A program made the translations under genes and the position numbers. From Tubulanus polymorphus (lineage: Eukaryota > Animalia > Nemertea): a DNA stretch of 64,000 nucleotides. Below the pieces are notes generated by a model, which worked only from the letters and a program-made list of their open reading frames with translations, made no database searches and was not told where the DNA came from. The DNA lies in assembly GCF_964204645.1 (NCBI RefSeq), contig NC_134025.1, positions 29,430,299 through 29,494,298 of the forward strand, read 5' to 3'. Below, in pieces: positions 1 through 10,078 of the stretch (position 1 is its first letter; the number at the start of each line of letters is the position of its first letter).

Positions 1-1597
1 TTCCATCATTACTGTGACCGGGAAGGTGACCACGGACAGTTAGTTACAACGTATGAAGGTTAAGCTCTTATGCTTCACCGAGTTCTGCGCGAAGTGGAAG
101 AGCCCGCTGTGATATTGTTACATATTGGCAATATCTCTCCTCCGTGAATTAGAGGCATTCGCAACGTGCACAGATTTTTAATTATTACATATTCTTGCTA
201 TTACTCTAGTAGTATACTGAGTAGATTGTAGATAGTTCTTATAAAGTATATAGATAGATATTATCACCATTTCATAAAAACTTAATTACATTCTTCAGAA
301 GTTTTTGGCTTCTTATGTCGAGAGTTATATTTTCTGAGACTTGTTATTATCATTCGTCTTTTTGCCGGAATAAGCAAACACGCAAATGTCCTCGTCAAAT
401 CTTAAGTACGCTCTAGTATAATAATGAAAAGCCAACATTCTTTAAGAATGAGAATGTTGACTTATATCGTAAAACGACGGCTGTCTTTTTCCGTGTAGCC
501 GTACGATCTTAGAAATATACCAAGAGTCTGCAGGTGGCTGATTTGGACGATAAATATAATTCCTGATGTGAAAATGAGGGCGATAGAACGAACGAACGCA
601 AAAAAAAGAAGGAAAACGCCGAGTTCTCTAAATTCTGTTTTGGTGATGGCCACAAACGGATGATTTCAAAAGAACCGTGTTGTTTAGGTCCCATCGTTCT
701 AGCGCTATCCATATCAGAAATAGCCACTACGTCAAATCGTTCGGTGATTATTTCGTGGAGGTGACGCTTTCTGTCGATCGGTATTTGATTTATCTATGAA
801 CGGGAAGCGGATGCTTTTTATTGGAATAAATATCAACACGTATCTCGTCGAATAATGGATCGAAAAAAGATCGCCTTCGCAATTTCCGTAGTCGATTTAT
901 TGCAGGCGTTTGGAAAAAGGGGGGAAAATCCGACCATTTAATTCCCCACTTAAAGACATAAATCAAATTACGAAGTGTCGAACATGATATATTTACGATT
1001 GAGCGTCATAAATGATAAATGCGCATTGCATGACATAGCGATAGAAATAGTTGGTGAATACAGTTCGATAACTTAATAACGTAATGTTCAAATGAAATAC
1101 CAGATACTTGATGACGTTCGTTGGTTTTTACGCGAGTTGTGTTTGATCTTTCGCTGCCGTATTTTCTCGCGCAGCTTAAAAAGTATATTAGGACGTACGT
1201 CTGTCTGTGGTAATCATAGCACGATACGCGGACACATCTTATACCAGATCATAAACGAGCTAATAACAACGCTGATTAGATTACCGTCAATGTCGCCTTC
1301 AATGTTGTTTATGAACTCGCCTGGCCGCGGCTAAAACCGCGTAGAGGCGTCGATGAGTCGAAAGCGATTTCTTTATAGGCGTTGCAAAAATAAGGCACAT
1401 GAATCTGTGGGTATCACAGTTTGAAGAATTGGCTTAAACATTAAAGACCTTTCTTTTAAAATGTCTAAACGATTCCAGATTTAAACTGACTCAGTTTGGT
1501 CTTATGTCATATTATCCTAACTCGTTTTCGGGGACTTATTTGACAATATTGTACTAATTATGGTTTCATTTCATTTTCTATATTTCTCAGGCTCAAG

Positions 1598-1782
1598 ATG
1601 AAGATATCTATTTGTATATTCTGTTTCGTTCTGCTGATCGTCACTGTGAACTCGTACCCAACGATTAACCTAGAAACAAGAGGCTTTAAAAACGAAGAAC
1701 GATTCGGACACGGTTTCGGTAAACGAACTTCTTCGCAAGATGTCGACATCGATTCTCTATTGGAAAAGGAAGATATGCTTAG
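1598..1782 (+). CDS. Allatotropin-like precursor coding exon 1 (signal peptide and mature peptide at 1682-1717)
   Basis: Acceptor tttctcag ends at 1590, implying an upstream 5'UTR exon. ATG at 1598, hydrophobic signal peptide, amidation/cleavage signal G-KR, donor AG|gtgagg at 1783. Confidence 0.92.
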
Positions 1783-1912
1783 GTGAGGAAAATAGCCACC
1801 ACGTGTGGATAATATCGACATACAGTTATCACTCGGATGATGGGAAATAGATATTTCACCGAGATGATGAAGAAGTTTCGATTATTGACCTTTTGCAATT
1901 TTCTCGTTCTAG

Positions 1913-2004
1913 ACCATTGATGACAAGTTCACGACTAGCAGCAGAAATCAAAACAAGACCGAATTTAGCGGAGGTTATAGTTGGAAAGTTCGTCGATAGA
2001 AATC
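1913..2004 (+). CDS. Allatotropin-like precursor coding exon 2
   Basis: Acceptor ttctcgttctag and donor C|gtaagt. Encodes (R)PLMTSSRLAAEIKTRPNLAEVIVGKFVDRN in phase with exon 1. Confidence 0.88.
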
Positions 2005-3191
2005 GTAAGTATACTAAACCCCGTCTCAGTGACGTGCACCTGCACATTTAGGTTTCACTAGTCGATGTACGGGTTCTTCTACAACGTCTGGCGCGTTAAA
2101 CTGTCATATAGAAGTTAATTCCTGTTTCATGACTTGTTACAATGACCATCGAAAGAAGCTTAAAGGAATCATGAGGAATCAATAGTTAACTTCCATCGGA
2201 TTGCACGCGTTTGAAGCGGGCTGTTGCAGGTTCAATGGCTGAAATGGACGCTCAAAGTTGTGTTCCTAAATACCAGGGTCGCAGAACGTTAACGAGATTT
2301 AACCGTGGTGAACTTTGGTCCTCACTTAATCTCGCAGCAATAAACATTTATTAACACACTCGACGAAAGTTTGTATCATTTATGATCGAAGTGTCAGACT
2401 CGTCATCAAGACATAATTCTCGATTTTCCCGTAGGAATATCAATTGCCCGATACTTATTTATGAATACAGTACCAATCGTAATTGGCGATAAATTATCAG
2501 CAATATTCTAGACACGAACTCGACGTTGGAATTACCAGATATTACAGTCAATTTCTGAGTGTCCATTTTTGCCGGAGTCCCGTGAGAATAGTGTGCAAAC
2601 TGATGACAAATGATAAAATACCACTTCTTGCTGAGAGCATATTGGAGGATGAAATTGTTGGCCACAGGGGTCGCAGTTCTCATATTATGTATATTTATGT
2701 GACACATTGGCGAAAACCCCGGGGACCCTGGTGATACACACTTTGGCAAAACATGAAATAATTGTGTGCAGCTTTTTTATGATTTACTGTTATAATATAC
2801 AAAATAAGTGCATGTTATTGAATATGTAGCTGTATGTAATGACTTAGACAGATCATCCACAAAGTCCCCCCGTCGAGTGTGAATCATCATTTATCATCTG
2901 TAATTTTATGAACGGTGATAATTTGACTTCTGGCTTCCTCGTCATTGTCATCCGTGCTTGCACATCTACTAGCGCGGGTATACGGGTCGGTTCGGTATGA
3001 AAGATCACGGTTAATGTCCGCTGTTTCAATTTCTGAGTTTATGCACTGTTTGATGAAATGTCTGTCAGTTGTTTAACGGTCAGAGCACTTTATTGGCCAC
3101 GCTAGAATATCGTTATTAGCTCGGTATATTTCTGACAGATTTACATGAATATTTTGTACGATGTTGTTTAGTGCGCTCGTTCTCTTTGCAG

Positions 3192-3253
3192 ACGATGGTT
3201 ACATCACTGAAAATGAACTCTTTCCCGAACGTTTCGAAGATTCCGACATCTGA
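3192..3253 (+). CDS. Allatotropin-like precursor coding exon 3 (terminal)
   Basis: Acceptor ttctctttgcag. Encodes (H)DGYITENELFPERFEDSDI-TGA in phase and completes the DxNxDGxIxxxE motif. Confidence 0.85.
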
Positions 3254-4035
3254 TCTCGCATCCTCTCGCGAGACGCAGGCGAGAGGATGACATCATAAAG
3301 GTCATTAACTGCGTGCCTACAATCCTATGAAGATTTTGGCCAGGACTTTCGAAATAACAATAATGAACGAGCAGTTACCTACGGGGTCGAAGTGTTTGGA
3401 ATTAATGAATTTATGATGATTTAATTTTATGTGGTTTACGTATATTGTGACTATTAGTGGCATTCACTGTGGGATTCATTGGTGTCTGGACTCTTTCAGG
3501 TGCGTCCTTAGTACAAACTACGACATCGGACTCTTAATATTATATACAATCAATAACTTTCTTCCATTCATGCTTTCTGATAGTGAATACATATTTTATT
3601 GGTCTACTATACAGGAGAAACTTAATTATATCATCAGATGAAATACAGTCACGCACTCATTGGTGAACGAAGAAAAATGATTTATGTATTAAAGTCAAAT
3701 GAGAAATATTGTCTTTGAGATTTTGATTGAGAATAATGCCTACGTATCATCTTAACTCGATTCTTACAATGAAAATCCGTAAAGTTCTAATTCAATTCGT
3801 TATCATGAAATTGTAATTGTAAATCACGTTTTAAAAAGCAAAAAAAATGTTGACGAGAAATACTTTTGGAATATGCTCTTATTAGAAAACGTGTTTATTC
3901 TGTAGTTGTCAATGAAGCTTTTTAGGATGGTCTTCTCGTCCACTTTCGCAAAAGAAAAACAGTAAATTTGTTTGATTATTATTGGTACACAGCCGGTGGC
4001 TTCTCGTTCAATATATTCTTTTAAAGACACCTATA

Positions 4036-4041
4036 AATAAA
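4036..4041 (+). terminator. Candidate polyadenylation signal of the neuropeptide gene
   Basis: AATAAA followed about 25-50 nt later by a T/GT-rich tract (tttttgttttctttcacgttttgtgttt). Confidence 0.4.
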
Positions 4042-5057
4042 ATTTACCTATATTTTATACACGATATTTTTGTTTTCTTTCACGTTTTGTGTTTAAATCA
4101 TTTCCTGTTGGCGGTTAATCAGTCGGTTAGAAGGGTTTGGCTTTCATCCCAGACATCGGTTAAATCTCATTAATCTGTTTCATTTGGTTTGAACCAATCC
4201 ATCAAACAGAGACATTTCTGATCTATCAATTTCATTTAACATGCTGCTGCTGCGATCGTCGAATCGTTGCACATACGAGTTTGCATCCGAAACGATGAAA
4301 CTGAATTCAGGAGCCTCTTCGGGACGCAATGTGTTCAGGTCTTGCGGTAACGTGATTTCGATCGAACGCGGAACACAATGAGTGATTGATACGGTGAAAT
4401 CTCATTACAACAAACTTCAGGATACCAGAAGATAATTCGTTATATTCAGAATGAAATTATCAAAATTGTTCCATTAGGACCGAAATTCTAGGTTTGTAAT
4501 AACTCTGAAATATCTGAAATCATTATGACGAGGTGCCATATGACGGATCCGAACACGATCTAGTTTTCAATCTATCAAAACAAAAAAAAAGAATGTGGCG
4601 TTTTTACTGATTTCAACAGCATGCATAGCTGCGACCACATCGAGACTACGTCTTGGCCTGCTTGACTCGAATCAGACCAGACCCGCTAATTAGAAAGCGC
4701 ATTCACGTCATTCGCTCACTACTAAAACGATGCTGTGGCAAGTGAGGCGATTCACTTCCGGCACCAGTTGGCACCGAAATAATTTGACCCGCGTTAAATT
4801 GTGGCACGGGCCGGGTCCCGATAATTTGGTTGCGTGGGTTCGAACTTGGCCCGTCTCAACCAAGCATGGACACGAACCAAATTTGGCATTAGTAAAAAAC
4901 ACTGATGATTTGGGCTAATGAGACTATGTGTCCAATGTGACGGGTCGCATTTATCTCTTTCGGTGTGCACATTCGACGTAAAAGGTCAGCCGTACTGTAG
5001 ACCTGTGAATCAGCGATTGCACGGCGAGTTTCATTTGTATAAAACAAATCAATGAAG

Positions 5058-5063
5058 TTTATT
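5058..5063 (-). terminator. Candidate polyadenylation signal of the mGluR gene
   Basis: AATAAA on the minus strand about 800 nt beyond the stop codon. An alternative lies at 5661-5666. Confidence 0.3.
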
Positions 5064-5858
5064 TAGTGATCATGAGAACTTTTCAAAGCAACGAACAATA
5101 AACTACTGGAGACATCATTTAATGACGTAATGGTAATAACCAGACAGATCGTAGGAGATTTTATAGATCTCGTTCTTCCTAGACATTTTACAAATATAAA
5201 AAACATGCCGATGATAATAACTTGAATAATTAATGAACAGTCAGATGAAAACATACACACAGCTCCACTTAATTAAGCCAAGGTGTTATACAGGCTGAAA
5301 AAATCTTTCATAAAATACACGTATATTTTTCGGGTTTGCAAGAAATGTCATATCGTTATATCAGATAAGTCATGAACTATGTGGGATAAATAGAACTGGA
5401 ACTCGCTTTAACTTTGCTGAAAATCACACCATCGATATTCCTATCATTGACAATAATCATGGCGTTTTCTTATTGATTTCAGTGATTGGCATAAAACCAA
5501 TATTCACTAATTACCAGATTTACGAACTAAGATTAGCACTTATTGTATAAAACGTATAACATTAACGAAAATGATAGAGTTTGGTGAAGAATAATTCTTT
5601 ATGATGCTAGGAAGTTTTTAACGTCATGAAATGTCGAAATCAGGATTCGTATATCAACAGTTTATTTTTCTATTACGTTAAAAGCAAAATCAGACGCTTG
5701 AAATTGAAAATAAAATCGTCTAGTAATAAACAATAGTCTGAAAACTAACAGTGAAATTTAGATAGTACGATCAGTGAGGTGTAGGTTTTACGTATATGAA
5801 AATGCTTAGACTTTGAGCAGGAGAGGGTACAGCGACGATCAAATATCGATTCAGAAAA

Positions 5859-7254
5859 TCATACGTCACTCGATTGAACAGAGCTCAGATCTAGTTTAAT
5901 GCCTTTAGTTTGTAGATATTCACCGAACTGTTCGACGCTTTGTTCTTCTTCCTCCAATAACCTCAGATCGTTCAGCGACATTTCATCGGCCGATTGAGGA
6001 GGCGTTTCCGTCATGTCGCTATCCGTGCTGAGCATCGTATCCGGGCGAGGACGAATTGGTAGATGGCGCAGCGGTAGTGTCGACGGCATCGCCGGTACTT
6101 GATCAGCGACTGTAACGCGAGTCGTTATCGGTACCGGAGACACGCTTTCGATTTCCGCGACGCGAGAATTAGTGGAGGTATTGTCCATTATTTTTGAAGA
6201 GCGCGTGGATCGCAATGACAACGACGGGGACCGAGACGACGCGATGTCTTTATTCGAGTGTTTATTAGGTAACACGAGTCCGTGTGAAGGAGAACTGGTA
6301 GCGTTTGATGCGCTCGGTCGCGGGCTACTTTGTCTACGTTCGGGCAGAATCTGAGGTCCATTAGTTTTGAGATACCTGGTGGGCGAATTAGGAAAAGCTT
6401 TTATTCTAATCGGCCCTTTTGTAGGTCGATCTTGGAAATCAATCGGGGCTGGTGGTGGGTCAAAAAACGAATCGTAAAAGAAATCGTCGCAAATAGCGGC
6501 CGAATTGCGCCTGCTTCCGTCGTCCTCGATATCGTCGAGATCCGAGTCGAATAAACCGTGTTCTCTTAATAAAGGATGGTGTTCGGAATGATAGGTTTCT
6601 GGTGTTTTCAGACCAGGTGAATTAATCAGTATCTGCGGCTCTGTTTCGGAAACTGGCGGTGGATGAACGCGCAAACTCGCTTTACTCGACGTAACGCTAG
6701 AATTCAGACGCTGTTTAGACCTGCCTCCTGTACTAGTGTCATCGGTCCAGCTACTCGTAGGTTCGGCATGTTTTGCGGAGTGCCTCTTTCGAAGGCTTGC
6801 ATTTGAGAGGTAGTAAGACTCGAAAAGCGAGTCGTCAGTTTGGCAGCTCATGTCATTGCGGTGGGCTCGTATTTTTGGTGATACTGAACGGGAACGATAA
6901 GGAGTTGGAACGTTTAGGTCATTAAACTCTCTATCCACGCTAGTACGTATAACAGGTCTAGGACTACCTGATATTTGTAAACCGGGTGTTCTTTGATGTC
7001 CGGCACCTGGAATATCGTGTAATGGAATGCCGTCGAACCGAGGTCGATTACAAATTTTCGGTGACAAACGGAATACATTTTGTTCGCTGCTGCTTCCCTT
7101 GATGAACGGTGATGATTTATTATGGTGATGACCCTGCTGCATTTCCGATTTAAAGCTCACTTTACCGCCTTTTCCAGTCTTTTCACGCCATTTATCTAAT
7201 ATGCTTTTCGTTTTCCAGAACGATATTGCCGTGTCCTCGAATGTCTTGTCTTGT
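5859..7254 (-). CDS. GRM1/5-like: mGluR coding exon 8 (long Ser/Pro-rich cytoplasmic tail ending QSSDV)
   Basis: Acceptor tttttcag at 7255, phase-compatible with exon 7 and continuous with the 433-aa ORF 5859-7160. Ends in a class I PDZ ligand (S-D-V). Confidence 0.85.
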
Positions 7255-7435
7255 CTGAAAAATTGAAAACAAAGAGTTCAGGAATCTTTTGCTCAAAGGT
7301 TGGTTAGTGTTAACTGTGGTGGACACATACGATTCTTATGCAATTACAGAATTATGTACCAACTTTTGAAGAAATAGTCCCTGAAGAAGTAAACACTGTC
7401 GTTTCTAAAACGAATGCGATTCGGTCGCTTCTTAC

Positions 7436-8345
7436 CTTTCTACGCTGTCGTTTGAATTGTCATAAGATCTGTTTCCATAACTAAGCTGCGATCCGATATG
7501 GCACCTGATATCTCTTGATGTCGTGAACGCGCTTCGATTGTTTTTCTCAGGCTGACACAAGATTATGTATACTTTAGGGAAGAATAACAGAACAAGAGCG
7601 ACCGTGGCGCTCAAACTAATGGCTATACACATAGTTATAACTTGATTATCGCTGCCAAAATATATCGGTACAAATGCTAACCATATTATGCACGTGGTGT
7701 ACATAGTAAATCCTATGAATTTAGCTTCGTTGAAGTTTTCGGGAACGTTTCGCGTTCGGATAGCATACAACGTACACAACGCTATCAAAATCACATCGAA
7801 CCCGAGCGGTACGATGATACCCATTTTGGTCGTATTGCACACGAGTCTAACACGCTTTTTGCCCGGATATTGTAACATCGAGTCGGCAGGTTCCAGTACT
7901 AACATAATCGTTATCACCGCACATTCGACTCCTATTATTATACAAGTGATCACGACTTGCGCCGATGAGCTCATGAATCGCGGTTTTCTAGTCATGATTT
8001 TCTTTTTGCTGCCCGCTAGAATTCTGGCGATTCGATTGGTTTTCGTCACCAGAGCTCCAAAAATCAACGAGAACGAAAATCCGGGAAGAATTCTGGAAAT
8101 GTAGCAAGTTGTGATGGAAGGTTTGGCGATGAGGACATACGTGGTCGCGTAGGATATGATCAGTCCTATTAAGATAATGTAGGTAAGTTCTCTGGTGCTC
8201 GCCTTGACGACTGGTGTATCGTTATGACGTAGAAAACAAACAATTATACAGACTGTCGTGAAAATACCGATACAACTGAAAACCATAGCTATAACCGACT
8301 GCGTTTCGGTCCATTGTATATGTTCGATAGGAATCATAACGCACG
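7436..8345 (-). CDS. GRM1/5-like: mGluR coding exon 7 (seven-transmembrane domain)
   Basis: Class C GPCR 7TM motifs; acceptor ttttcttccag, donor AG|gtaaga. Confidence 0.96.
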
Positions 8346-8534
8346 CTGGAAGAAAAAAGGACAATTTCTTAGTGATGACATGAAACCTTCATTGGTGAAC
8401 CTCTGTGAGCACTCCCGCTACAAACCGATAGATTTAAAAAGCAAATCTAAAGGCTCTTTGATTCAGATGATACTTAATATTATTTATTTTTGTAAATAAG
8501 ATATCTGAGCTATATATAATATTAGATAAATTTA

Positions 8535-8756
<222 letters not shown>

Positions 8757-8760
8757 TTAC

Positions 8761-8944
8761 CTTTACTTGTCCTTTGGGACAGGGGCGACTACAGACAGAG
8801 ACTACGCCTTCTCCGTTTCTATGCCAATAAATAGCAGATCTGTTCATAGTAAGATTCCTTCTATCCCATTGACCTACTTCTCTATAAATATACTTCACCG
8901 TTCCATTTTCCAGTCTTATCGGTCGAAAGTTCATAATATCGTAC
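8761..8944 (-). CDS. GRM1/5-like: mGluR coding exon 5
   Basis: (R)YDIMNF...SVCSRPCPKGQVK; donor AAG|gtaaga. Confidence 0.93.
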
Positions 8945-9035
8945 CTATAATATTTGATATTATCACTACGTCACTTCGATACTATCTTTCTTTTTCAAGA
9001 TTTCATAATTTGTCCTTTGATATCTGCTGACTTAC

Positions 9036-9282
9036 CTGCCTGGAGGGTCACCGTGACTATCAAACGTCAATACCTCGCCCGTGTAAGTAGTAAATGATAC
9101 ATTCATCAGATGTTCTTTCAGAATCGTGCCATTAATTGGCAGTAAACCGGGACATGTACCAATTTTACCCTTGCACACTGTTTGTTGCACGCTATGGAGG
9201 CCCAAAGCTAATGTCCAGATCGCGTTTACGACAAAGCCGAGTTTAGCATCTGGCACGTAACACGCCGACCGATCTTCGTGGC
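9036..9282 (-). CDS. GRM1/5-like: mGluR coding exon 4
   Basis: (G)HEDR...DAKLGFVVNAIW...FDSHGDPPG; acceptor ttttttag, donor AG|gtaagt. Confidence 0.93.
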
Positions 9283-9402
9283 CTAAAAAAAAGTATGTAA
9301 TGACACCACTGGTAATATGGTTATCACTTGTGTTGTTGATGACAGAGACACGGAAACAACCGAACACGTAAAGATAGACTTTGCATGCCATCAGTTATAT
9401 AC

Positions 9403-9638
9403 CTGTGCAGGATTTATTTCTGAACTTTTCCATGAAGTCCGGTCCCTTGATTGAACAGTTGAATGAATATTGCCAATATTCCTGAAACCATGGATTCCGC
9501 GAGTTGTTGAAAGGTCTCAGTGACATGAAACGTTTATCAAATCGTACAACTGGTGGCGAATGTAAACGTATTGAGAAACTTCCTTGAGCATATTCTTCAA
9601 CACCTCTCACAACTTCGGGACGTACGTTCCAGCCATCA
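9403..9638 (-). CDS. GRM1/5-like: mGluR coding exon 3
   Basis: (S)DGW...RNPWFQEYWQYSFNC...SCT; acceptor ttttgaaag, donor G|gtatat. Confidence 0.93.
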
Positions 9639-9828
9639 CTTTCAAAATACAACGTATCGAATGTAACGAATAAATCAATCATGAAACAAATTTGTAGAAT
9701 TTTTGGACATACGTAATAACCCGTTACAATTTAGGGTACAATCCTAGATTCGGAATTGATTTAAGAGTTGAACGTTTTCGTGAGATTGGCCCCGATTCAC
9801 ATGTAATCGGGTTCTTTTTTCGTATTAC

Positions 9829-10078
9829 CTGCCAACAATGACGAAATGGTTTTTTATCCCTTTGACCTTAATCGCTCGGAAGAGACTTTTGACGGTGCGA
9901 CCTTCACAGAAACAGACGACGACTTTAGCATTCTTATCTTCATAAAGCTTCTCGATAGCTTCGATATAGTCGTCTAGTTCTGCATTGTTAGCAATTTGAA
10001 TCGAATCGGCGATACAAAATCCTTCGATTTCATTTGCCATTTTTTTGAACGTTTGCATTCCACTTTGGCCATAGTTAC
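9829..10078 (-). CDS. GRM1/5-like: mGluR coding exon 2
   Basis: Acceptor tttttcag; (G)NYGQSGM...VVVCFCEG...FVIVG; donor AG|gtaata. Confidence 0.95.

Larger units (their letters stand above)
1598..3253 (+). other. Allatotropin/orexin-family neuropeptide precursor gene (CDS join 1598-1782, 1913-2004, 3192-3253; 112 aa)
   Basis: Spliced translation: MKISICIFCFVLLIVTVNS YPTINLETR GFKNEERFGHGF GKR TSSQDVDIDSLLEKEDMLRPLMTSSRLAAEIKTRPNLAEVIVGKFVDRNHDGYITENELFPERFEDSDI*. It has a signal peptide and a single GF...HGF-G-KR peptide resembling Manduca allatotropin (GFKNVEMMTARGFa) and annelid GF...RISHGFa peptides. The C-terminal domain is of the allatotropin-precursor type. Both introns are GT-AG and the phases are consistent (339 nt total). 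Confidence 0.9.

Noticed and set aside
1558-2047. Minus-strand ORFs of 87 and 63 aa
   Set aside because: Antisense shadows of the neuropeptide exons.
7688-8104. 138-aa plus-strand ORF
   Set aside because: Antisense shadow of the mGluR 7TM exon; the same applies to 6172-6554 and 8767-9030.
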